Origin: Octopus bimaculoides
Taxonomy: Eukaryota
Assembly (NCBI RefSeq): GCF_001194135.2
Contig: NC_068986.1
Span: 8,700,061-8,764,060 of the forward strand
Length of the DNA stretch: 64,000 bases
Direction: 5' to 3'
The first letter of the stretch is position 1. The number at the start of each line of letters is the position of its first letter. The notes under the pieces were generated by a model, which was not told the origin of the DNA, ran no database searches, and saw only the letters and a program-made list of their open reading frames with translations. Below are positions 12,624 through 24,552 of the stretch, in pieces. The position numbers were made by a program, and so were the translations under genes.

Positions 12624-12831
12624 GATGGTGAGCTGGCAGAATTGTTACTGCATCAGGCAAAATGCTGGGCCGCATTTCATCCATGCTTGCTTTTTGAGTA
12701 CAAAATTCACTGAGGTCAACTTTACCTTTCATCCTCTCTGGGGTTGATAAAGTACCAGTTAAGTACTAGAATTCATGTAATTGACTACTCCCTCCCCCAA
12801 ATTTTCTGGCCTTGTGCCAAAATTTGAAATC
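12624..12831 (+). mobile_element. SINE family A copy between (ATT)n tracts
   Basis: GGTGAGCTGGCAGAATTGTTA...CCTTGTGCCAAAATTTGAAA. Confidence 0.85.
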
Positions 12832-13541
12832 AGCATCATTATTATTATTAAGTGTTGGGGTTTGTGGTTAATGCATTTTCATAAAGTTTATTTTTAATTA
12901 TAGAAAATAGTTTATAGGATTATGTCTTAGTAGGAAAGTCTAAAGATGTTTGCACTGGTAACTTTGTAACTCTTTTTTCTTCTTTGGTATTGAGTTTGTA
13001 TTTAAATTGCGATGCATAAAATTAAATAGTTTTAAACAGGGAAAACTGAATTAATTTTATAAATGTTGTTTGAAAGTATTGGCTTTGTATGTCCATTATT
13101 TTGTACCACTTCTATACTCTTTGACACAAACCTAATATTCTCAAATGATTTGGAACATTTGTCTAACATTCCATTTAATGTTTTATTAATGACTTTTATT
13201 TAGTAATTCAATTTGAATAAGTTAGTTTTAATTTAATAAGTCAATTTAGTAATAGAAGGAAGGAAGAGCTGGTAATTATCCATTGTTGATGTAATTATAA
13301 AGCAAAAGTGATATGGCATTTTTCTAGGCCAGGATTATAAGTGCCAAAAATATGGTATGTCTACAAGTGTTTTGGTAGTAAAAAAATTGTTGACATCAAT
13401 GAATTATATGTTGTACCTGTTTGTTGTAGTTATAAACTAGTTTAGATTTATTGACAAAATTCTTGTCTTCATTTCTGTTATTTCCAAAACCTTATTACAA
13501 TATTTTGAAATTTTTCTTTATAATGGATATATATATATATT

Positions 13542-13924
13542 TGTGGTGGCACTCTGTCGGATATGACGACAAGGGTTCCAGTTGAATGGATCAATGGAAC
13601 AGCCTGCTCGTGAAATTAATGTGCAAGTGGCTGAGTACTCCACAGACACGTGTACCCTTAACGTGGTTCTCGGGGGGGGGGGGGAGATTCAGCGTGACAC
13701 AGAGTGTGACAAGGCTGGCCCTTTGAAATACAGGTACAACAGAAACAGGAAGAAAGATTGAAAGTTGTTGTGAAAGAGTACAGCAGCCTCCCTCCCCCCT
13801 TCCCCCAGCCTCATGGGGCTTTAGGTGTTTTCGCTCAATAAACACTCACAGCAGCCAGTCTGGGAACCAAAACCGTGATCCTACGAATCTGCTGCCCTAA
13901 CCACTGGGCCATTGTGCCTCCACA
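13542..13924 (-). mobile_element. SINE family G, near full length (tRNA-like head)
   Basis: Minus strand begins TGTGGAGGCACAATGGCCCAGTGGTTAGGG (A-box-like). The body matches 50746-51010 in the opposite orientation. Confidence 0.85.
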
Positions 13925-16037
13925 CATACACACATATATNNNNNNNNNNNNNNNNNNNNNNNNNNNNNNNNNNNNNNNNNNNNNNNNNNNNNNNNNNNNN
14001 NNNNNNNNNNNNNNNNNNNNNNNNNNNNNNNNNNNNNNNNNNNNNNNNNNNNNNNNNNNNNNNNNNNNNNNNTTGATTATACATAATTTCTGTTTTTGTA
14101 AATTGCCCTTCCCTTCGTTTCTGTTTATTTATGCAAGAGATTTTTAGTGTTTCTCTGCAAATATTAATGTTCCAATGAAGAGCTTATTTACTTTTTTGAA
14201 TTTTCCGAAGTTTAGAATTGTGGTCTGTTAAATTTCATGGTTTTTAAATTCTTACTATAATTATTTATTAGGTATATTTGAAAGCTTAAAATATTTAAAA
14301 CAAGTTAATGGGATTCATTTAGTTTTCATTACAAATTGGTTGTAAATCTTTAGAAATTGGACACAAAAAAGTAAACTGTTCCGAATGTTACATTTTAACC
14401 TGATTGGTTGATGAAATAAATTCCCTGGCATCCCTTATTTCAGATCTTGACGAAGAAATCTGGAGTAAATAAGAGTCAACAGGAGACAAGATTTCTGGAT
14501 TTAAGTCTGGTTCCTCTCTGTTGATGTTGTCGCAGAAACCATATGGAAATTTAAAAAAAAAAAACAATTTTAAAATTTCTTCATGAAATACTCCTGGTAC
14601 AGATTCTGAATCTGTTGCTAAATCTTCCTTGATCCTAATACCTTTGGATTATAGGATAAAAGCTAGTGTGACAGCAAAATACAACCTAAAATTCCAACTG
14701 TCTGTACATCCAGAGGAGCAGCTAAATCTTCTAAACCTGTGGAGGATATTTCTGTTACCATTGGAACTACTTTCCAGTTGATTTATTGTTTTGAATAAGA
14801 AGGGGAATGAAGCAGCATGGAATTAACAAATTGGAAGTGGTTACTTGAGTTGGAATATTTTGCCAATGAGATGAGTTCTTTTCACATGGATTAATAACAA
14901 TAATACCAAGAGATGAAATGGAAAACCTACTTTTACTAAACCAAATTCTTCTTTACAAAAGGATTTTATATTCTGTGCGTTTCTCTATCTTGGTCTCGTT
15001 GACTGATCCACTTGAAAGGATATAAACTAACAAAGTGGCTCCAATTGGCCAATTTCAGTTTTGAAATTTCCTCCAGTGAAGAGAGAAATCATAGTATTTA
15101 CTATATATGGCATCTGAATTCCATTTCCCTTACACACACACACACACACCAAAAAAAAAGACACAGGAAAAAAAAAACAAAGCCATCTCTCGAGATAATA
15201 CCTCATATTTACTCATCAGTGAATTGATTGGTTGTTAGGGACGATGACAGGGAATCTCCTATATTCAACATCTTCCCATTTGCACCTGTCAAACAGGTGC
15301 TTCACTAATGGAATTTTACGTTTTATTTATTTATTTATCCTCTTAGAAAAAACAACAAAAACTCTTGCAAGATCAGCACAAACATTCAATTTGTGTTTAG
15401 ACTGTCCAATTTGCAACAAACACTACTTTATTAAAAATGACTTATTTATAAACTTAATTATGTGGGAGATGGAGGGGGAACATTACCACCGCCAACAACA
15501 ACAACAACGGAACTTGGGGTAAAAATATTTCGGCCAACTTTAGACTATTTAATTACATTTGATAATTATTGTGTGGGTGGGAGTAATTAAAATAAATGAA
15601 TAAATAAAATTCTGCTGATGCCTGTTAAAAATTCCTAACGAATTCCTAAAAAAAAAAAATCTAACTTCAAGGTTCTTGGAGATGTACAACAGGAATATTT
15701 ACAATAAAACCATATTTGAATTTGATTAAACCGTTTAGTTCTATTATTTTTTTTTCTTCCCTCCCAACAAAAACTTCCAGAATTTTATTTTCTCCATTTC
15801 TCAGTATTTACTCTGAAACTTATTGATAAGAGTAAAGAAGTCATTGGTGATAATCAATAATATTATTTCTTACTTACCATTGAGGGAATAATACTGAATA
15901 GCTTTCCAAATTGACGGGTCACATTGGATGGGGAGACATAAGAGGCACAGGCCCTAACTTCACTGGAATCTTTTGATTTCTGAAATTGTAAGACTTCTGA
16001 AGAACTGTGGTTCTCTGTTGCATGATTCCTGTCTGTT

Positions 16038-16423
16038 ATCTTCTACTTGTTTCAGTCAATTGATGTGGCCATGCTGGGGCACTATCTTAAAAGATTTTTA
16101 GTTGAACAAATTGACCCCAGCACTCTTTTTTTTTTTAAAGCCTGGTACTTATTCTGTCAGTTTTGTTTTGTTGAACTGCTAAGTTATGGGGATGTAAACG
16201 CTCCAATACTGGTTGTAAAGTGGTAGTGGGGGACAAACATGCATTAACACACACACAATACACAATACACAACGGGCTTCTTTCAGTTTCTGTCTACCAA
16301 ATGCACTCACAAGGCTTTTGTTGGCTCAAAGCTATAGTAGAAGACACTTACCCAAAGTGGTACTGAAACCGGGACCATGTGGTTGAGAAGCAAACTTTTT
16401 ACCACTCAACCATACCTGCACCT
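16038..16423 (-). mobile_element. SINE family B, full length
   Basis: Reverse complement of the 33166-33550 element: head GTGGTAAAAAGTTTGCTTC...TGGGTAAGTGTCTTCTACTATAG and tail GCATGGCC...TGACTGAAACAAG. Confidence 0.85.
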
Positions 16424-16727
16424 AACTTCTTACCACATGGCCATGTTACATCTGATTATATTTAAAACTCCCTGGCAAATACCAAACGTGATATCAAGTT
16501 CTCTAAGTGTGTCTATCTAATGGTGCCAATAGGTTTTGGTACTATTTTTTTAATTTTTTTTTTTTTACAAAAAATAGCAAAAAGTTGGTTTCTACATGGA
16601 ATATTTTGCCAAAGTATGGCAAAATACTGGGCTTACTGACATTTACTTATTTATATACTAAGAAAAATAGCTTTGGTAGAATTGGGAATTTTTTTTTTAT
16701 AATTAAGAAAAATAGCCATAACTGTTA

Positions 16728-16880
16728 GCTCTCTCTCTCTCTCTCCTCTCTATCTCTCTCTCTCCTCTTTATCTCTCTCTCCTCTCTATCTCTCTCTCTC
16801 CTCTCTATCTCTCTCTCTCCTCTCCATCTCTCTCTCTCCTCTCTATATCTCTCTCTCACCTCTCTATCTCTCTCTCTCAC
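16728..16880. repeat. (CT)n-derived minisatellite with CTCTATCTCTCTCTCT-like units
   Basis: Visible periodic repeat. Confidence 0.85.
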
Positions 16881-17208
16881 ACAGTATTTGGGGATTATAA
16901 TTTATTTTCAAAATGCTTTTAGAGTGTTTTTATTACTAAGTACCTCCCCATCACACCACCACCTTTATTTCACTTGAAGTTAATGTTATTAGTCTTCCAG
17001 TTTATCTTCAGAATTTGTCAATTAACTTATGGACCAATTAATTTGTTTATTGGACACATGAAATATAGATGTCAGCAATTTCAGTTAAGGAATATTGTTT
17101 ACCTGTTTGAGATGAGTTTCTTGGCATTTTCCCACTTAAAGAACAGATCAGATTGTCTTCCCATCCACACTCTCTCTTTCTGTCTATTGTCTGTCTGCCT
17201 GCCTGTTC

Positions 17209-17268
<60 letters not shown>

Positions 17269-18057
17269 NNNNNNNNNNNNNNNNNNNNNNNNNNNNNNNN
17301 NNNNNNNNNNNNNNNNNNNNNNNNNNNNNNNNNNNNNNNNNNNNNNNNNNNNNNNNNNNNNNNNNNNNNNNNNNNNNNNNNNNNNNNNNNNNNNNNNNNN
17401 NNNNNNNNNNNNNNNNNNNNNNNNNNNNNNNNNNNNNNNNNNNNNNNNNNNNNNNNNNNNNNNNNNNNNNNNNNNNNNNNNNNNNNNNNNNNNNNNNNNN
17501 NNNNNNNNNNNNNNNNNNNNNNNNNNNNNNNNNNNNNNNNNNNNNNNNNNNNNNNNNNNNNNNNNNNNNNNNNNNNNNNNNNNNNNNNNNNNNNNNNNNN
17601 NNNNNNNNNNNNNNNNNNNNNNNNNNNNNNNNNNNNNNNNNNNNNNNNNNNNNNNNNNNNNNNNNNNNNNNNNNNNNNNNNNNNNNNNNNNNNNNNNNNN
17701 NNNNNNNNNNNNNNNNNNNNNNNNNNNNNNNNNNNNNNNNNNNNNNNNNNNNNNNNNNNNNNNNNNNNNNNNNNNNNNNNNNNNNNNNNNNNNNNNNNNN
17801 NNNNNNNNNNNNNNNNNNNNNNNNNNNNNNNNNNNNNNNNNNNNNNNNNNNNNNNNNNNNNNNNNNNNNNNNNNNNNNNNNNNNNNNNNNNNNNNNNNNN
17901 NNNNNNNNNNNNNNNNNNNNNNNNNNNNNNNNNNNNNNNNNNNNNNNNNNNNNNNNNNNNNNNNNNNNNNNNNNNNNNNNNNNNNNNNNNNNNNNNNNNN
18001 NNNNNNNNNNNNNNNNNNNNNNNNNNNNNNNNNNNNNNNNNNNNNNNNNNNNNNNNN

Positions 18058-18105
<48 letters not shown>

Positions 18106-18106
18106 T

Positions 18107-18141
<35 letters not shown>

Positions 18142-18840
18142 TATGCGATCTTTCTTTCATTCTCTCTCTCTCTAGCGCACGCACACACACACACACCCAC
18201 CCACACTCTGTCTGCCTGTCTCTCTTGCACTAAGTAACATTTCGCTGTGCTGAAGCCAGTTCTACAATGGATGAGTTTCCCATCTGTTTATTCAGCTGAA
18301 TCTCAGCCAAGCTATTCAACAGAATCTGAAACCAATTTTTGTGGAACTGATTAGCCATAAACTCTTCATAGTCTAACCTACGTCTGTCAGCATTGGTAAT
18401 GCACTCATGAAGAAATTAATAGAAGAACAATGTTTTGAAAATTAATTACTCTGGTTTAATAATACTTTTTCTTAAGATCTGAGGTGTCTGCATAACTTTT
18501 TTGCCTTTTGGTAGGAATTTATTCTTTTAAGAGTATCTTTGGAAATAGTTTTGCATTGGATTTCTTCTGTATTTCTATCTTGGAGACTTTGCTAGTTGTT
18601 AAATGGGAAAGCTTTCATTGTTTGATTATTGTCCATTTTACCATTCCTACTTTTCCTCATCTGGTGATAAGCTGATGGAGTTGTAGTTATTGCAGTGTAT
18701 TGTTTGTAGTCGGGGAGATTCCAAGCCATTTACTTTGAATGCTTTGCTTTGAAATCCGGTTGGATGCTGCTTGTTGAACGGATGGTATTTCTGTGTAAGA
18801 GAATGGAATAAAAAAAAATCTTAGATGATCAGATCAGTTA

Positions 18841-19021
18841 TCCTTTTACTTGTTTCAATCATTAAACTGTGGCCATGTTGGGGCAGTGCCTCGAAAAATT
18901 TTAGTCCAACAGATTGACTGCAGTACATTTTTTTAAGCTTGGTACCTATTCTGTTGGTCTCTTTTGCTGAACTACTATGTTATATGAATGTAAACTTGCC
19001 AACACTGCTTGTCCAGCAGAG

Positions 19022-19030
<9 letters not shown>
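18841..19030 (-). mobile_element. SINE family B, 3' half
   Basis: TTTTACTTGTTTCAATCATT...GGCCATGTTGGGGCAGTGCC matches the family B tail. Confidence 0.75.
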
Positions 19031-19075
<45 letters not shown>

Positions 19076-19539
19076 GATTGATACACAAGTACTATAATCT
19101 TTTTAGGATCTCGAAAAAATTTTTCAAGAACCTTCTGATTCTTTTAATGTGCTAGTTTCCTGGTATTAAATTGATATTAATTAATACCGAATTTTTACCN
19201 NNNNNNNNNNNNNNNNNNNNNNNNNNNNNNNNNNNNNNNNNNNNNNNNNNNNNNNNNNNNNNNNNNNNNNNNNNNNNNNNNNNNNNNNNNNNNNNNNNNN
19301 NNNNNNNNNNNNNNNNNNNNNNNNNNNNNNNNNNNNNNNNNNNNNNNNNNNNNNNNNNNNNNNNNNNNNNNNNNNNNNNNNNNNNNNNNNNNNNNNNNNN
19401 NNNNNNNNNNNNNNNNNNNNNNNNNNNNNNNNNNNNNNNNNNNNNNNNNNNNNNNNNNNNNNNNNNNNNNNNNNNNNNNNNNNNNNNNNNNNNNNNNNNN
19501 NNNNNNNNNNNNNNTATATATATATATATATATATATAT

Positions 19540-19902
19540 ATGAGGCAAAGTGGCTGAGTTCCTTTTGAGTGTTGGGCCTCACGAAAGGCAATAATTAATA
19601 CCTTTGGCATTATGTTGTGCTTGAGACGATCCATCAAGCTGGGCAATATTGCAGTCGTGGCAGATACCGGTGCCATGCAAATTGGCATCCGTGCTGGTGT
19701 CACGTAAATGCATCCCAATGTCCTGTAAATGGCACCTGTGCCGGTGGCATGTAAAAGCACCCATTACATTCTCAGAGTGATTGGCATTAGGAAGGGCATC
19801 CATTTGTAGAAAGCCATGCCAAATCAGCCTTCCAGCAGCCTTCCAGGTCGAACCGACCAACTCACGCCAGCATAGACAGCAAATGTTAAATGATGATGAT
19901 GA
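19540..19902 (+). mobile_element. Family C short retroelement (RTE-related), full length
   Basis: Core GTAAAAGCACCCA...TTGGCATTAGGAAGGGCATCC and an (ATG)n tail; more than 10 copies in the window. Confidence 0.8.
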
Positions 19903-20065
19903 CACACACACACACGTTCTCTCAGTTTCCATCTATGAAATTCACTAAAAAAGCTTTGGTTAGTCTCAAGCTGCAGTAGAAGACACTTGCCTAAATTGCC
20001 ATGGAGTGGGACTGAACCAGGAACCATGTGGTCAGGAAGCAAACTTCTTACCACACAGCCATGCT
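19903..20065 (-). mobile_element. SINE family B, 5' half
   Basis: GAAGACACTTGCC...GAACCATGTGGTCAGGAAGCAAACTTCTTACCACACAGCCA. Confidence 0.8.
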
Positions 20066-20442
20066 TTAGCACAAAGGTTTTGATTGGTCAAAACAGTTTC
20101 CCCATGGAAACTTAGGTTCCACTCCTCAGCTTTGGATGACGCAACTTGCGATATTTGGTGGACTTTGCAATATGTTTGTGAATTTTACTTGAAATAGCAA
20201 TGATTATATTCTTATTCAGGATTCACCATTTTTCATGGAGCTTTTGGTTTCTTAGGCACATCAGTTAATTGCTTCTATAGATGGTAAAAGAAAGAAATGG
20301 AAGTCTGTTTGTTTGGCACCACTATCTCCATTTCCGACCCTTATAATCATTTTATTGTTTTCTGTCTGAAAATGTTGTACTGATCTCAGATAAGATCCTG
20401 ATTTCCCCCTCTCCCTTATTTCAAGGAAAATTCTTTTATCTT

Positions 20443-20638
20443 CATCACCATCATCATCATCACTTGATAATATCTGTTTTCCATGTTGGTATGGGTTGGA
20501 TGGTTTGACAGTTGCTGGCAAAGCTGGAGAGCTGCACCAAGCTTCAATTGTCTGTTTTGGCAAGGGTTCTACAGCTGGGTGCTCTTTCTAATGCCACCCA
20601 CTTCGCAATGTGTACTGGGTGCTTTTTACATGGCACTG
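20443..20638 (-). mobile_element. Family C copy, 3' part
   Basis: (CAT)n followed by CCATGTTGGTATGGGTTGGATGGTTTGAC...GGGTGCTTTTTACATGGCAC. Confidence 0.8.
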
Positions 20639-21167
20639 TGTAATGATATTGAACTGGCCTTAATACTTAATCAATATTGTTGTTGTTAAGTCACATTTCA
20701 TTTCTTATTAATCAGACTCATCAAAATCAGCCAGACCATGATTGTACCATTTATATTACAGAGAGAGGCACAGTTCCCCGTGTCTTTTTTTTTTGTTTGT
20801 TTAGATGGTTCTTTGTGGAAGATTTAGTTTCTTTTTTTGTTTTAATCAGGTTGAGCGACCAGATGAAAGCTCTCTTTAATTAGACTCATTAGAACCTTCC
20901 ACTGAATCGAGTGGTTTTTTTTTTTTCAGTTTCTTTAGCTGTGGTTATAGGCTTTAGATATGTGTTTCAGATTTTAAAGATGAGCAGGTACTGGATGGTT
21001 GAGGAAGGTTTAGCTACAATGTTTAATCAGTTGACACAACCCACCCTTGCTACTTTCAACCATTTCTTTTATATGAAAGTTTTAAGATTTAATATTGTCA
21101 GTTTATTCAGTATTTGGAAATGTTTCCGTTATAAATATTGACATTATTCATAATAATAATAATAATA

Positions 21168-21374
21168 GTTTCAAATGTTTCTACAAGGGCAGCAATTTTG
21201 GGGGAGGGGATGATTACATTGACCCCAGTGTTCAACTGGTACTTAGTTTACTGACCCTGAAAGGATGAAAGGCAAAGTCAACCTTGGCAGAATTTGAACT
21301 CAGAACATAAAGATAGACACAATGCATGCTAAGCATTTTGCCTGGCATGATAACAGTTCTGCTAGCTTGCTGCC

Positions 21375-21377
<3 letters not shown>
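21168..21377 (-). mobile_element. SINE family A copy between (AAT)n tracts
   Basis: Reverse complement of family A. Confidence 0.85.
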
Positions 21378-21411
<34 letters not shown>

Positions 21412-21420
21412 TAATTTTAT

Positions 21421-21720
21421 TTGGCGACCTTACTGGTGCCACATAAAAAGCTCTCAGGCCACACTGAAAAGTGGTTGGCATTTGGAAGGGCATCCAGCTG
21501 TAAAAACCTTGCCAAAAACTGACCTCACCTGTGTTTGTGCCATGTAAAAAGCACTCAGTCCACTCTGCTGGGTGGTTAGGGTTAGGAAGGGCATCCAGCC
21601 ATAAAAAAACCATATCAAAGCAGACAGAGAAGTCTGGTGCAGTCTTCCTCTTAACCAGCTCCTCTCAAACCATCCAACCCAGGCCAGTATGGAAGGCGGA
21701 AGTTAAATGATGATGAGGAT
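21421..21720 (+). mobile_element. Family C copy with internally duplicated core
   Basis: Two successive AAAAAGC...GGAAGGGCATCCAGC cores, then the tail. Confidence 0.75.
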
Positions 21721-21745
21721 AATAATGTAATAACAATATAATTCT

Positions 21746-21922
21746 TACATTATTTACATTTGACGGATATTTGTCCTCATCTTGTTTGTTGTTGACACGT
21801 TTCGACTGATATACCCTTCAGCCTTCATCAGGTGTCTTGGGGAAATTTCGAACCTGGGTTCGAAACATTGTGTTAACAACAAACAAGATGAGGACAAATA
21901 TTCGTCAAATGTAAATAATGTA
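21746..21922. repeat. Long inverted repeat from the hammerhead-bearing family H tail
   Basis: Arms 21746-21805 and 21860-21922 are complementary except for 2 G-U pairs and a 3-nt bulge; 54-nt spacer. Confidence 0.92.
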
Positions 21923-21967
21923 CATAATTCTTCATCTCTTAAATATAGAACTGTAATATAATTCTTT

Positions 21968-22399
21968 CTACAACAGGCACAAGGCCTGAAGGGGGTTTGG
22001 TTGATTGCATTCACCCCAGTACTTGACCAATACTTACTTTTTTGACCTAAAAAGGATGAAAGGCAAAGTTGACCTTGGCAGCATTTGAACTTAGAACATA
22101 ATGACATAAAGATGGTCGAAATACTGTTTGACATTTTGTCTGGCATGCTAATTACTCTGCCATCTTTCCTCAATAATAATAATAATCCTTTCTACTGGAA
22201 GCACAAGGCCTCAAATTTGGGGGAAGGGATTAAGTTAATTACATTGACCCCAGTGTGTAGCTGGTACTTAATTTATCAATCCCGAAAGGATTAAAAGGTA
22301 AAGTCAACCTTGGTGGAATTTGAACTCAGAACAAAGCAGTAGATGAAATACTGCTAAGCATTTTGCCTGGCGTGCTAACGATTCTACCAGCTCACCACC

Positions 22400-22430
<31 letters not shown>

Positions 22431-22640
22431 CCTTTCTACTATAAGCACAAAACCTGAAATTTTGGAGGAGGGGACAAATTGATTGCATCAACCCCTAGTG
22501 CTTGACTGGTACTTATTAGCCCCTAAAGGATGAAAGGTAATGTCAGCTCCAATGGCAGTTGAACTCAGAATGTAAGGACAGAGAAAATACCATTGAGCAT
22601 TTTCCCCAGTGTGCTTATGATCCTGCCTGCTCAACACCTT
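21968..22640 (-). mobile_element. Tandem array of three SINE family A copies separated by (AAT)n
   Basis: Copies at ~21968-22170, 22185-22400 and 22430-22640. Confidence 0.85.
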
Positions 22641-23010
22641 AATAATAATAATAATAATAATAATAATGCTTAAAGAACCTCTGTGGATTCTTCACTAAGG
22701 GGTGGGGTGTAGGTTGGAGTTATTTTAAAGCTTTTTGTTGCTAAAATAGTTAAAAGCAAAAACACCTGGAACCACACATGGCCCATGTGACCAAATACCC
22801 AGGTATACATGTTCATATTTCAATCAAATTCTTAATATTTGTGGCAGTTCGTTAGGAGTGGCTCACTTTGCAATCACACGGTATTGGTGGCCCCAGGTTT
22901 GGCCAATGCCTTGCCAGTGGATTTGCTTGACAGAAACTGTGTGGAAGTTTGCTGTTCCTATATATATATATGTATATATGCATGTGTGGTATATCATTTG
23001 GGTGGATATG

Positions 23011-23050
<40 letters not shown>

Positions 23051-24058
23051 NNNNNNNNNNNNNNNNNNNNNNNNNNNNNNNNNNNNNNNNNNNNNNNNNN
23101 NNNNNNNNNNNNNNNNNNNNNNNNNNNNNNNNNNNNNNNNNNNNNNNNNNNNNNNNNNNNNNNNNNNNNNNNNNNNNNNNNNNNNNNNNNNNNNNNNNNN
23201 NNNNNNNNNNNNNNNNNNNNNNNNNNNNNNNNNNNNNNNNNNNNNNNNNNNNNNNNNNNNNNNNNNNNNNNNNNNNNNNNNNNNNNNNNNNNNNNNNNNN
23301 NNNNNNNNNNNNNNNNNNNNNNNNNNNNNNNNNNNNNNNNNNNNNNNNNNNNNNNNNNNNNNNNNNNNNNNNNNNNNNNNNNNNNNNNNNNNNNNNNNNN
23401 NNNNNNNNNNNNNNNNNNNNNNNNNNNNNNNNNNNNNNNNNNNNNNNNNNNNNNNNNNNNNNNNNNNNNNNNNNNNNNNNNNNNNNNNNNNNNNNNNNNN
23501 NNNNNNNNNNNNNNNNNNNNNNNNNNNNNNNNNNNNNNNNNNNNNNNNNNNNNNNNNNNNNNNNNNNNNNNNNNNNNNNNNNNNNNNNNNNNNNNNNNNN
23601 NNNNNNNNNNNNNNNNNNNNNNNNNNNNNNNNNNNNNNNNNNNNNNNNNNNNNNNNNNNNNNNNNNNNNNNNNNNNNNNNNNNNNNNNNNNNNNNNNNNN
23701 NNNNNNNNNNNNNNNNNNNNNNNNNNNNNNNNNNNNNNNNNNNNNNNNNNNNNNNNNNNNNNNNNNNNNNNNNNNNNNNNNNNNNNNNNNNNNNNNNNNN
23801 NNNNNNNNNNNNNNNNNNNNNNNNNNNNNNNNNNNNNNNNNNNNNNNNNNNNNNNNNNNNNNNNNNNNNNNNNNNNNNNNNNNNNNNNNNNNNNNNNNNN
23901 NNNNNNNNNNNNNNNNNNNNNNNNNNNNNNNNNNNNNNNNNNNNNNNNNNNNNNNNNNNNNNNNNNNNNNNNNNNNNNNNNNNNNNNNNNNNNNNNNNNN
24001 NNNNNNNNNTATATATATATATATAGGTGTAAGTTGAACATGTAGTGGTCTTTGAGAA

Positions 24059-24240
24059 CTCATGGAGGTAAAGTAGCTGAGTTCCTTTCGAGTGTTGGGT
24101 CTCATGGAGGCAAGATAACTGAGTTCCTTTTGAGTGTTGGGTCTCATGGCGGCAAGATGACTGAGTTCCTTTCGTGCATTGGGCCTCCTGGAGGAAAATT
24201 AGCTGAGCTCCTTTCAAGTGTTGGGCCTCACGGAGGCAAT
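24059..24240 (+). repeat. 42-bp minisatellite (4 units plus a partial) forming the head of a family C copy that runs to ~24370
   Basis: Units start at 24059, 24101, 24143, 24185 and 24227; unit resembles CTCATGGAGGCAAAGTAGCTGAGTTCCTTTCGAGTGTTGGGT. Confidence 0.9.
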
Positions 24241-24371
24241 GATCAAGACCTTTGGCATTATGTCATGCTTGAGAAGACCCATCAGTCCAAGCAAGATTGC
24301 AGTCATGGCAGATACCAGTGTCACTCAAATGGCACCCGTGCTGGTGGCATGTAAAAGCACTCATTACATTC

Positions 24372-24552
24372 ATTGGGGGAAGGGATTAAGTTAATTACAT
24401 TGACTGCAGTGTGTAACTGGTACTTAATTTATCAATCCCAAAAGGATTAAAAGGTAAAGTCAACCTTGTGGAATTTGAATTCAGAACAAAGCAGTAGATG
24501 AAATACTGCTAAGCACTTTGCCTGGTGTGCTAACAATTCTACCAGCTCACCA
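24372..24552 (-). mobile_element. SINE family A copy, near-identical to 22205-22395
   Basis: Shares diagnostic GGATTAAAAGG and ACAAAGCAGTAGATGAAATACTGCTAAGC with that copy. Confidence 0.88.

Noticed and set aside
13860-13924. tRNA genes at SINE heads (also 35470-35540 and 63720-63810)
   Set aside because: A/B boxes are present but there is no complete cloverleaf, and each continues into a repeat body.
14444-14472. Cryptic terminal exon (TTTCAG/ATCTT..., DLDEEIWSK*) giving a dsRBD-only isoform
   Set aside because: Only an acceptor-like motif, which is common in a 36-kb AT-rich intron; no other support.
24059-24240. 42-bp repeats as a CRISPR-like array
   Set aside because: Units are directly adjacent with no unique spacers, and they are part of a eukaryotic retroelement head.
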